DNA from: Phoronis australis
Taxonomy: Eukaryota > Animalia > Phoronida
Assembly: GCA_002633005.1 (NCBI GenBank)
Contig: NMRA01000145.1
Location: 657,873 to 721,872 of the forward strand
Length of the DNA: 64,000 bases
Reading direction: 5' to 3'
Positions 1-13,400 of the stretch are shown here, in pieces. Each line of letters begins with the position of its first letter. Position 1 is the stretch's first letter. The notes below the pieces were generated by a model. The model had not been told where the DNA came from. It did no database searches and saw nothing but the letters and a program-made list of their open reading frames with translations. The translations under genes were made by a program, and so were the position numbers.

Positions 1-1270
1 ACAGGTTCCTCGCGGCATCTAGCATGCGTAAACACGCATGGAGTGTGTCTAACCAGCGATTGATTCGACATACTTGCCCGTGGCAACGGGTCCTTTCTCG
101 TTTGCACTGCTTCGCATTTTCTTCAGTATTAAAGTTGAAATTAACAACTCAATCAGGCATAAGAGAGTCAATATTCGAACAATGGTGGAAAAACAACCCT
201 TACTTTAAGAAGCAAATAGAAACATTCTTAATGTCTAGACACGGCCTGGGGTGATGGCACTGCGGCATATTTATACTTTAGTAATCCGTTAGAATTATTG
301 TAATGAAAGAATTGACATTTTGCAATGTTTTGTTAAGTTACACAACAAGTCCATGTGCACGTTTCGACTACCTGTTACTGAGCCTTAAGGGGGGGGGCGT
401 TTATTGAGCAAAAATTAAATATTTGGAAAAGGATTACCACGTTAATCTACTGTCCCAGGTAGTTCAACCAACGTAAGGTGGCAGGGAGTCAATGAGCATT
501 GCGTTAATTAGTTTATGTACAACCCATTTTAGAATACAGGTGGGCCATCATAATTTCGTGGCTAAACATTAGGTAGCAGAGAAATTGGCGCAGCAAAGAT
601 TAAACCACGCAACAACGATCTATCTTAAGCGATTATCTTCTTTGGAATTCAGAATTTATACACCCTACGCATGACTTTCGAATACTCATCAACAGCTTTT
701 CTGAAATCGCGTTCTTATGCACTGAAATAATTTTAGCTATAATCTGTGAGCTATATTCATTTTTATGGACGTTTGTGCAGCTTCGATTGACTTGACGGAT
801 CGGACCTATGTCTAATGCTGTGCTTAATGTCGTAATGCTTGCACGAACTACATTCCCATTTTATTGTGTAATCACTTGACAGAGCAATGACATATTTATG
901 AGTTTTTTTTTCTCTTCTAATTTGCAATACACAAACTGAAGAAGTCTCGTGCAAGTCGTAATATCAATCGACAAGCAGTCGCTAGAACACGTAGGCCGTT
1001 GTGACACACTTCGTATACCGATCTGTTCATCCGACTGGGACATCGCTGAGTGTTTTTGTGAAGTCTGTAGATCAGGTGTTGGGTTAAAATCTGTCGCACC
1101 ATATAACAATTTACAATTCGGGAACATTAACCTTTATAAAGTTAACCATAAAATAAGGATAAATAATCACATTTTGCTCATCAGACTTTGTAGGGGAAAA
1201 CGTTATTTCTGAAATTTCTACTACGAATGCCGGTCATACAGAAAGTCTGAATTGGTGTATTTTGTTTTAG

Positions 1271-1466
1271 AATTCAGGTCTTTTCTACGAGGGTGCCTTG
1301 CGGTTTTATTACGAAGACCACGATCAAGAGTTAACCAAAGCAATCCGTGTGAAGAGTACAACGACTGTGGCCGAACTGATACCTGTATTGTTGGATAAAT
1401 TTAACTTGAGAAAAATGGACGAAGGCGAAATCGACAAAAGAGAAGTTTACGAAGTTGTAAACGGGG
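1271..1466 (+). CDS. RADIL: RADIL-like exon: N-terminal part of afadin-type RA1 domain
   Basis: ttttag acceptor; NSGLFYEGALRFYYED...TKAIRVKSTTTVAELIPVLLDKF...VYEVVNG; G|gtaagt phase-1 donor compatible with the 9385 acceptor. Confidence 0.8.
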
Positions 1467-4400
1467 GTAAGTTTGTCATTTTATACCGTTTTGTATTGTT
1501 CTTATACACGGGCGGTGCACCACACCATAGGGGGCTGGGGAGCTATAGCCCCACTTATTTCAGTGCTGCGTCGCCCATATTATAACTGTTTTTATAACCA
1601 ATTGTACGTTAAAATAAGTATACGAGACTGGATTTAGTAAATGTGTCTGCTCTATACGCCTTGAATGTGTTTATCGAAGTGTTGTATAGTTACATATAAG
1701 TACGAGAGGGAGAAACTCTACAAAAGTTACGCCCCTAAACATCTTAACCAGGAAAAACTTTTAACACACGAGTAACTGAGAGGTATCATGAAGATTCATA
1801 TTTCGAATTCTAGGTAAATTAACTTCTTAGGATTATTGTATTTCAAGCCACCTCGCACCTGGTCCAAAGTTCAAAACGTCACATTGAAAATGTCTCACAC
1901 AATCTACGTCGAATATAATTGCCTATAGAAATTAATCAAATACAGATACCGCCCATGGCAATACGATTTGGACAAGCTAAATACATGTGTTGTTATTAAG
2001 AATCCGTATATAAACCAATATCATAGAAAGGTCTGGGAGAATATCGAGCGTTTTCATTGATAGGGTCACGTTCGTAAAAAAGGGTTGAGCGTATGAAATT
2101 TATAAACAGATTAGTGCATAGAATCTGTTCGTGCTTACTTATGCTTTTCGTATGAATGATTCTGTTTATATGAACGCACAAGAGACTAATTAATATCGAT
2201 TTCAATTATAACTACACGTTTCTGACAAATACGTCTCATGTTAACAAGCTAGCGGCGTAAACAATTGTGCAAATGGCAGTACCTAAAGAAGCTTTTCGGA
2301 GATTGTTTGGAAATCTGTTTCATGAATTCGATTGTTCCACTTATTGTTAATTCAAGTATGTTTACAAATAGCAAAGGCTTGATTTCCCCTTGCAGCCGAC
2401 TTTTTCATTAAATACAACGAAACGTGCGTATATTGGAGAAAAATCCTCGCACAATTTGCAAGTACGACATGGATTGCGCTGAATACTAATTTCTCTTGGA
2501 GATTTATTATAAAGTCTCATTGCATTTTATTTCATTTTCTGTGTTGACGTCTTCATAATGTAGAGTAAAATGATAAAGGGTTGAAAAACTCATTTTGGGA
2601 TTACTATTCGGCAGGACAGACTTCCTGAAGTTACTTGTTTTAAACCGAGCTAAAATAGCAAAACCCATTGCCTTAGGCGAAATTTATTTAGAATTCGCCG
2701 ACTCCTCGCGTTGGCTTCCACTAATTCGGTAGAATGAACTGAAACCGAGGTCGGTCACCTTATCAATAAAATATGCTTAAATATTAGCTCTATTAACAAA
2801 TGAGCATCGAAGTGCCAGCGACGAGGTCGTGCGTTCGAATAAGTGTAGTGTATCAACGCACTCTCATAATAACGAATCTATAGTCCTTTTACTGCACCAA
2901 AGCAAGATGTGAAATTATTACGCGTCTCTTGCTCCTAGGCAGGCTCCAAAACCAAAACATCGTTTCATTTTAAACGCGACACCCATAATTTCCCCCTGTG
3001 CATCGAAGTTCATTTTCGTACCTCTGCCGTCCATCAAAATCTAATTAATCATGATAATGGTGAATGTTATCACTGCTGCGGACGTTTACGAACGTGTTAT
3101 GTGCAAGGAGTGAACCTGATTTGTGGTAACACGCCGAACAGTGTGTGTTGTCCCGCGCAACAGGTCCCGTAGACCAGTTATTTTTTGTTTTATCTTTTAA
3201 TTGCGGGATGTCACATACTGTGTGCTGTTTGTATGTGAGTCACTGAATATCAGGTATGGCGTCAAATTCCATGTTGTTATAATAATTATGCATATGGTTA
3301 TCAAACAGCTTGTGTAGTGATACTTCAACGAAATCAATATTTGAGCGAATCTCATTGTCTATGTGTAAACATTTCGACTGAAATTGACGATAGTTTTCAT
3401 GTGGTCATTAGACTGTTTCCCAAGGTATCCACGAACGTGCCCTATGATAGTCATCAACAGAGCTATCAACTACATTGTTAGCTATAGTTAAGGGATATAG
3501 ACAAGTTACTAAGCGGGTGAGGGGGGGGGAGCTAGTTACCTCAAACCAACCAAAAATAGTGTTAGAAATCCTAGAATTTATCATTCAGAGTACAACTGTT
3601 TCACATATTGCTCGAATGTTTTCATTGTTAAGTTGACGTGTATTTACTAAGACAAATTGATGTCATCAATTATAACTTTTTTTTAAATCAGTCTCTCCAC
3701 ATCTCCTTGGTTGTCAGGATAACTTCAATCTTGAGGTTAAATCTCCAACGTGTACAATTTTGAATTGAACACCGACTTTCTGTTCATGGAGAAAGCCGTA
3801 GCTCCAAATTCCTTTCGTTGTCCCATTTCCGGGTTCTGTTTCTATCTTCATGTCTGCAAGTTATTACAGATTCAGGATAATTTATTACAAACTGGAAGTT
3901 ATGACACATGTAGGTCTATTCCTACCTTTAGACAAGTCGGTTGCTTCATAAAAATCGACACAACTTAGTTTTATTCTCGCATCAAGGTTTTGGGCATTTG
4001 TTCTTTGTGTACAGGTCACATATGCTGGTATAGGGTGCATATGTAAATCGAAAACGATATATAGTCACGTGTGAGAAGTCGAGTGTGCAAAGGGTTAAAA
4101 GTTCCCGTTTTGTCCAATTGTCCTACTAGAAGAATATGTAAAGAATGTGCGAGTTGTTGCCGGTAATAGCTTAATTACATGGATTTCACATTGATTATCA
4201 CCAATCGATATAAAGCGTAGACCGAAAGTCGCATGAACACCCATTTATTGTTCAGAGAATGAACGGCTTCCCAGCTGAACGAACGGGCACGAAATGCTTC
4301 GGTAGCATCCATGTTTCTTGAAGCAAGGTAAAACATTTTCTCATGTTACATGCATTGATCTTTGAATTTTCAAAGCGGCGTTTTTTGGCTATTTTAAAAG

Positions 4401-7400
4401 AACAACTCGAAGGATGTAACGGTTGTAGATGATTGTTAAGCTATACTTGTGGTCGAATCATGACTCGAGGGCTCCAGACAACAGTGGCAGGTCGATTTAA
4501 TAATTAATATTGTGAAGCCTGGCTTTATGATTAATATTTCATCTCATGCAACTCTCGCGTCTAGCCGCTGTATTGACTAAGCCCTGCTGGAAAACCCACG
4601 CACCTTACAAATTCTTCGACTTCGAGTGAAGACTGTGTAAATTAAATATCAAGACCCCCCGCCGAGGTTGTCGAATAAACCGTTTCCCTGTGCGGAATGG
4701 GGTAAAAAAAAACAGTATATAGTTAGAGCTGTGTTAGATAGTGAATACTGTTATATGACTTCTTAGTTTTTTGGGTTTTTTCCGTCACTAAATTATAATC
4801 ATCATATCAGAGTTAATTGTAGGTTCTTTAGTGTGTTTGAAGTGTTTTGATTCTAATGTCTGTGAAAATTTTCAATTCATAAATAGGAATTCTCTCTGCT
4901 ACGAACATTTCCCACGCAAAATGAAAAACCTACTGACTGCGACCGCTAGTTGGACTGTAGGATAACATGATGATGATGCAGAAACATGCAAAGTTTCCGT
5001 TCTCTTGAAAAATCTACATCCGATGTTAAATTCCGAGGGCAACAGAATTTCAATGACAGGAACATATAACTGTCACATGTTGCAGCGATGTATGAAAATT
5101 TTGGGCAAATCAAAACAACTACTTAGCCGAGAATGGTGTCGTTATCTCACTGTAGTTCTCTTATTAAAACAACCTCTTCAACGCTGACGGACCTGGGCCG
5201 CCAGGTTGACTACACGTGTACAATGGGTTCAAAAACAGATCCGTGTCGTCCAGAATGCAAACCGTTTGCGTATGGACTACCTTGACAGCCTGCATAGTAA
5301 CATCTCAAGAAAGCTAAACTTTGTCCATTTGAATTGCTTAAACCTAAATAGCAGAGACAAAAAGCCCGTACGTGTTTGTTTTTATAGTTCGTGTCAATAT
5401 AACCACCAATTCAAGACCCCATTACCGTATGTCCAACATTCTTGAAGATTATTTTTTCGTCATGTAAAGAAAATAACATCAAATCCTTACAATGTCATAG
5501 TTCAAGTATGGGAAATCAAAATTACGTTTGTTGACCGTTTTTGGAGTCCCTTTTTATAATCGTTCTAATATCAAAAGATGGAGTGTGCAGTTTGGATTGT
5601 GTTGATATTCTATTGATGCTGTCTCCTTGCAATAAAAACATTAAAACTCTTTTTCTGAGTAATTTCTTTTCACTACAAAGCAACCGTATTTTGCAAATAA
5701 GTTTCTCCGTCACACAATAATTTTCTCAAATTCTTGAAATTTGCCTCAGTTGTAACTCACAAATTTCTAAAAGTGATACCGAAGACGAGACAGCCACCAG
5801 GTTTTACCGAAATACAGACCGACAGTTAGTGAAAACATCAAGACTATGATGTATCCAAATTTTTCCACTGGCTCGCCAAGAGTCTCGTGTATGCCATTAC
5901 TGTTATTGGCTAACTTTCCGGCATTATGTACGACCTGTTGCAGTATTACGGGCGACCTGTTGCGACCATACGTACCTGAGAATTCGTGATGCCACTGAAA
6001 CAAGGAACTTACATGTTGAACGAGTGTGGGCCTCGTCGGTACACCCTTCTCATAATTTATTTAAGGGTGCTAAACGGTCAACAATACTGAATTCATGCAA
6101 GACAAATAGCAACTTGTCCCCGGTGTGACCCCAACAAAGGTCTGGGCCTTTACCTTCGTGTATTGAACCGGCTCTATGATGATCAATTTCTTAAATCACG
6201 TGGATGTTAAACACTATCTACAGCAAATATTAACGTTTGTATGCCATTGCTGTCGCTGACCGAAACACGCATATCCGTAAAATGAGAACCTGCAATCAAA
6301 ATTGAAAAGTTAACACGAAGGTTCGATAGGAAATTATCTCAAGAATGACGTCGTTTCTACAATTCAGCGGGGACCGTGACGTTATTTTACACGCAAGGTA
6401 TTTACTGAGAAAACTTCATGAGCAAGAGAATGGAAATAAGTCTCATTTCCAAAATGAGAACAGAAAAGCGAAACTTTCTTATTATTTACTTTTATTAACC
6501 CTTTTAAAAATGAGATTTCCTTACCTTTGTGCTGGACCAATATTTATTATGGACCTAAAAATCTTTTTTCAAGAACATTTACAGTGCGAAGCCTTGTTGG
6601 TCCCTGTACAGAGGTGTTTTGCTTATAAACGCATACTCCACAAAGAAACGGCTATTTTTTGATTTTGGTTCTGTGCTCGGAAAGAATTTACAGTTTGTTA
6701 TCGCTTGAGACCGCGCTCGGTGCATAAAATGACTCGCCAAATGACATCTTTGAGTAAGGAACAATTGAGACCCATTTCATAACTTTAAGTCGTCTGAATC
6801 GAGGTTATTTTTTCGTAAGACGGTTGTATAGGAGCTTTAATTTTATGAGAATGAGAATGGTACGGAATTTAAAAAAAAAATTCAGAGAATAGCAGATAAA
6901 TTGGGTTGCTTGATGAGATAATCGATATTTGAACATCACTCAGGTAAATTTGGTGAACAGCTAATATTGTGGTCTGAGCACTGCGCCATTTTGTTAGTTT
7001 GGCAATGCGCAATTGTTTACTAAACGCCAATTATTTCTTGTAATGTTCACTTATGATCATTAAGAGGGCGGTGTAGTCGGCTCGAAATGTGTTATGCCTG
7101 ATCGTTGCTATTGTTTTATCAATACACGTTTACCGCAGAAGGTGTCTCAGATAACGCCTTTTGAAATGGACATAATACATCGATCTATACTGAACGCAAG
7201 ATCATCGATTTGAAGAAAATTGAACACAAAAACGTAGACACCGAGAGTTAAATGAGGTGTCTTAAAACCAGCGGTGGTTTGACATCGCAAGAAGAAACGC
7301 AAATAATGGGTTGTCGCATATATTAGTTCTGAACATTTCGAGTGAGGTATTTGCTTGCAGTTGTTTACCTAAGTACTCGGAGTTCAGGATAGATACAGAC

Positions 7401-10400
7401 GTGCTGAGAGCAGAACTGCAATGAGGGAGAGTGGGTTAGTCTTAGTGTTACGACGCGTGCAAGAGGAAAATTCAACTTGCAACTCTTTAGATAATTGATT
7501 CTAGTTATAATTAAGTTGGAAAGTAAATGGACGTAGAAATTATTGCCCGTAGTAACTAATCGCGTCAGAAGTAAAAGTTACTTTACGTCGAATGAGTGCA
7601 TACTTACCAATAAGAATACCCGCGTTTTTAAAAAGTCACGCGAAGTGAATGACAAACCAAATCGAGACCTCGTGTTTACGTCAGTACAGATTTTGATGTT
7701 ATGTCTCTACCACCGGGGACAGTCGTCTCGGTATTGCCTGTACAGCAGGTGAAGGGCACATAAAGCATACCAAATGTCTTGTAAAATTTAATAACTCATT
7801 AATAAAACCGTGTGACGTGCCTCCATTCCTATGCACGATATTTTCATATTGTGTGCATCATTGTGAAGCATTAATTTGCTTATACTGCGTGTTGCATTTC
7901 ACAACAAGTATTTTTAATGAACAGGTTGGATGGGAACATGTGGACATCTGTAAGCAGAATATTTGTAAGGGACATTTCAAAAGTATTTGATGGTCAATTA
8001 TTTGTTAAAAGTTTATTTAATAGAGATATATATTTGATTTAATAAGTGTGCATTCATAATGCACAAATCATAGACCCAGTGTGGATTTCACATGTTTAGT
8101 CAATCAGACAATTGTTTTAATCCCTGTTCTCCAATTTTAGAACCAAACAGAATTATCAACTAATGTTTACACAAAATCGTTGGAACATAGAACGTTATTA
8201 GCTTTAAATAACGAACGTCATTGTTGTCGTTTGTTTATCTTTGTACAAGCTAACTAGCTAGGTATTCGTTACCTTAATATTTTAATTGTGGCATACGTAA
8301 TGAATAGGAATAAATCGATAGGAGGACAGGCTTTGTACAACCATCAAGATGGACAAACAGGCATATTGGCCGCTGTCAAATGTCACAGTAGCACAACAGT
8401 TCCACAATTTACGCCGTGACGGTGTTGCATCGAGTGACGTAATCACTTTGTGCGCCTCCTGCCGTAAACTAGATCAATGTAAATGGAAGTGCACTGGCGT
8501 AGACCGTACGTGTAACATTTTCTCGATTTCAAATCAAAATTGTTATACAATAGGCGCATAACGCGTGAATGGTTCGAAAACATATCATTCGATGTCCGTC
8601 ATGGAATCCGTCGGGAGTGAATGGCAGACTGTTGCATTGCAAACAAACTAGTGTTTTGTCTGATCAAAGAATTGCGTAATTGCCCAGCCCGTGGGACGTA
8701 CGTTAGGAATGATTTCTATTCAGACTAAATTGATATGCGTTTGACATGCACTTAAAGTTTTTGATCACTCATTCGCACCTTGTCAAATACGATAACAAAA
8801 TGGAAGTTAAGTTCGCGGTGCCAAAGTGTTCATGTGTGTTACATCAAAATGACGTAATTTGAATGACAAACAGCAGTTTTTACCCCCAAAGCATTTTTAC
8901 ATAAAAGAAGAAAACTGCACTTGTAATTTTATTTATTTTTGATTACTAGTTAATTTCAAAGTTTCCGACACCACAAAGATATTTCGGTTGGTCTGTTCCC
9001 TTCGGAAAACGCATCAGTCACACGCAAAGTCGTCTTGCAAATGTATTAATGTTAACAACATAGCAAAATTTCCAATGTTCATTAACCACTGACGTTGTTA
9101 TGAGAATTTTATGTTTATGGAAAAGAATTATCTAACACGTTTTCGTAGTAAATTTCAGCCTTATTGGCATAGTTTCACATTCCCGTCCATATTAAAGATA
9201 CATTTTATTTTATGTCATTACGTAACTCTTGAAACGAATTTTAACGCAAACCAAATTAGACAAAGCAATTCGCATTCTTTCTATACTTCCTAATTTATTT
9301 CTTTTGTTTTACATGTTTTAAACCGGTTAAAACAATCATAAAAATATTTTTAAATACAGTAATCAAAGGTCTTTTAATTTGCAGATGAAATCTTGCTGGA
9401 CAAAGACGAAAGACCATTGGAGCTAGCCTTGAACGCCAAGAGCACGCCACGTTTCGTTCTAAGCGAGGGTCCGCCGTCATCCAGACGTAACGAAATCAAC
9501 ACTACGAACTCACATGTGTCAGATTTGGAATCTAGTTTAAACCTGTCCGTAAACAGCGGAGATTTAGAAAACACTATTTCTCCGGCAGTCAGGCGCAGGA
9601 ACAAAAATAAAACCAAGCAAGAGCGCGCAGCTGACAGACAGAAGCGACGCACATGGACGGGGGGTTTTGACGACGATAGTATGGAAACGTCTAGTGTTAA
9701 AACTTGTCCAGAGATGTCGCCATCTGCTCAACTCATTGCCAACCGACGAGGGAGATCTTTAAAAAAGAACAAAAACGATAGTGGTGAGAGAAAAAGAGCA
9801 CGGTCTGCTAGCAGAAACCGCCTGAGTTTTAGATTTAGTTTTCGAAAGTCGAAGGAAGTTGAAGAAATTTCCGACAGGACTGAACTTTCAATAGAAGATC
9901 GAGCTCCAGGAATTTTAAAGATTTTTGGTGAATCTGTTGTACCAGGTGCTAATTATAAAAGCGTTCTTGCCACCAATGAAAACACTGCGTCCGAGATAGT
10001 CAAGCAATCCTTAGAAAGATATAACCTACCACCGGAAAATTCTTATCAGTTTGTGTTGTGTGATGTAGTCGGCCGCTTCCGTAATCCGACAAATGACGAC
10101 GACAAGCCCGAATGGGTTACCGAGCACGTGCGTGTTATTCCTAACAACGAGCGCCCTATGGTTCTCCAGTCTCTGTGGAAACCTCAGGGTGGATTGTGCA
10201 GACGTTTTGAGTTGATGGAAAAATCCGCCGTGGCCGCTGACGGCGGATTTGTCGATATAAATGACAATACTGGGACATTTGGATCTCCAGTCTCTAGTAC
10301 AACAAGCGGTTCGGGATATGCGGGTAGAAATCCCAGCAATGCTATAACAAACGACTCGGCCTCTTTGGACGGTTATATTATTCAGCCTTGCCAGCGCTTG

Positions 10401-13400
10401 TCGGGGACAACAGTTAGCAACGCCACATCAAGCGTCAATAGTGGCTGCGAATTACCAGTAAGACCTCCGTCACAGTTGCCATTTTTCTTAACTCTTCGAG
10501 GCTATAATTCCTGCAATGACTACGTTTTGTACACAATAAGCGATAACGCAGCCATGATAGGAAGCGATCAAATTGGTAACCACACGGTGGATATCTGTTT
10601 GACTGCTCCCGATATATTGCCTCAACATTGCTGGGTTTGCAAGAAGCCTGCAGAGAAAACAACAGATCTAGATGCTGTTGAATCTCCAGTAGTTATTACC
10701 CTCGCCCCTTTAGTGGGAGCCGCGGTATACGTCAATAACAAGCAAATAACAAGCGTCTCTGAACTGTGTCCAGGCGACCTTGTCGCTATGGGAGAACACT
10801 ATATATTTCTGTTCAAAGATCCGACCATATCTAGTGAGATCCCACGCAATCTGAATTGGCTGTCCCCTCGAAAATCGGATACAGAGAGGCGAAGATCGCT
10901 CGTTGAACTGCTGGACGGTGTCGACCATGAAACCGACGCTGATGTCATTAGAAATCAACATCGAGCAGAAACATTGGAGGAGTGGGAGGAGACGAGAAAG
11001 AGGGAGTGTGATGAAGCAGGCCATACATGTAATCGACTGAAAATATCTTATGAGCACGACAGGGAGGACAATATCTTGGAGCAATGTGTAACAATTATGA
11101 ATCCTTTGGACGAAGGGTTCCCACTTACGCCGGCCTATCTTCTTTGCCTCTGTGTAGAATACTCAGCGGTAAAGTTTACCCAACACGACACAAGAAATTT
11201 GTTGTTGAAGATCTCCAGTCTTGTGCAAAGCGCTGCATGGGTAAGTACGATAATAAAAGTTTCATTTTTTTCAAAAATTCAAAACTTAAGTTCTAAAACA
11301 ATTACTTCACTTCAGAATCGATAGTTTCAACAAACTATAGTATTGTTCAGATCATCAGCAAAACCATTGTTTGATATCTTCCTACACTCTATATGCCTTT
11401 TTGAATTATCTCTCTCTTTTATCCATCAACCCTTCATCCCATCGACCTATTCATATATTTATTCATTCGTTTAATATCCAGCCGCCCTTATATGCATGCA
11501 TGCTTATACTTACATACACGCATGCATGCATACATACATACTTACATATATACATACATACATACATACGAGTATATACATACAAATATACTTACATACA
11601 TAAATAAATACAATGCAATACAACACATACATACATACATACTTACAAACACACATACATACATAAATACAATACAATACATACATACATACATACATGC
11701 ATACATACATACACAGATATACAAATATACATACATGCATGCATATTCTCCAACGTTATATTCTTCCACCAATTCATTCGTATACGATGAATGTTTTCGT
11801 ATAGTCTGGTACTCATTTTCACATCCTTCGATTACAGCTGAAAACAATACCAGCAAAAGTTCTCAACGTAGTGACATTCATTTCATGTTCCAGGAGCGGA
11901 CAAAAGACTTAGCGAGTCGGCAGACTGAGAACGCGAAATTCGATGACAACAGCGTGTACCTGCACTCTCTGTTGTCCGATATCCAGCCCATCATATTCTG
12001 GATGGCCAACGGTCTGGAGATGCTACACTTTTTTCAGTGCAATCTCTCAACCTATATTACGGAGCCTCATTTGTCCCTGCCAGTTGGAACGCGTGAATCC
12101 CTTGTTGGTGCCGATAACGAGGTGGTGGCTGTTCTTGAAGAGGTCGTCATGTACACGTTTCAGCAGACTGTTTACTACCTTACGAAGGTAACGCAGTGTT
12201 ATGGACATTTTAACGGATGGGTGAAGGAAATATTTTGCATCGGCGAATGAATAAATGAGTGAACAAACTGTAATTGCTTATTCATATCTGTGTTCGTGAA
12301 TAACTCCAAAGTTTTATTAACATACATGTATCTAATCGTCAAACGCAAAATTGCGTTCTTCTGCTTGAAAAAAGGGTCGGCAACTTATCCTTTCAGTAGC
12401 TAAATTCAGCTCTTCGGTGAAGTTTGTATGGAACTTGACCAGTTTTAACCTAGGTATAAACACTTTAACCTTTCAGACGCTATATATGGTGCTGGCAACC
12501 ACATTAGACTCCAACCCGTTCACTCCGCCACCTGACGGCAGCGACCAGAGTGCTATGACAGACATCATACACGTATTCGAGTCCACTTATCAGATTGTCA
12601 CTAAGTACAAGCTACACAAGGACATCGTGTCTCAACTGTTTTGCTATCTGTTCTTCTTTACCAACACCTCGCTATTCAATACTCTGATGGAAACAGGTGA
12701 GTTTGGTAGCTTGTTGACGATAAAACACTGACTTCACAGCCTCATTGTTTTCATCTTCTTGACTCTTTGCAATATATACATGTACATAAACATACAAACA
12801 CACACACGCACACACGCGCGCACACATACTATATATACTTTTATCTCCCGCGCTTCAGCTGCATTGTACATGTACCTTGGAGACCCGTGTATTGCGAGTT
12901 GTTTGATTGTATCGTTGTTTTTGGTTAAAATGGTTGTCTGAATTGCTCATTCCGAACTATTCTGGTCGTAGACATTTGACACTTTGGTTTATGATACAAT
13001 TTCCAAAAGATGTCAGTGACCAATTTCGCTAAATAATGAAAGTTAAGATTCCACTGTCACTTTGGCCTGGTGCAAAAATGACAAGGCCACTGGAGCACAA
13101 AGCTCTGTCGAAAGCTACATTGTACAAATTCGTGAGCTTTCTGACTCTGCATCAACTGCCATGCAACAAAAAAAGCTGTCGATTTAATTAGACGGTCTGA
13201 TGAGGTCTATGTCAATAACATGATTCATACCGCATTTCAGGTGCAGGCAAAAAGTACTACAGCTGGCACAAAGCTGTGCAGATTCGCGCCAACCTCGACA
13301 TCCTGGAGAGCTGGGCGGCAGAGAATGGGTTGCAGGAAGAAGCGGAGAACTATTTCACGACTTTCAGCACCGCCATTAACCTTCTGGCGACACCAAAACA

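Noticed and set aside
4256-4327. 72-nt AG/GT-bounded candidate cassette exon in the long RADIL intron
   Set aside because: Contains stop codons in all three frames
11492-11893. His/Thr/Tyr/Ile-rich ORFs on both strands
   Set aside because: Translation of the (TACA)n microsatellite; only 11894-12187 is a real exon
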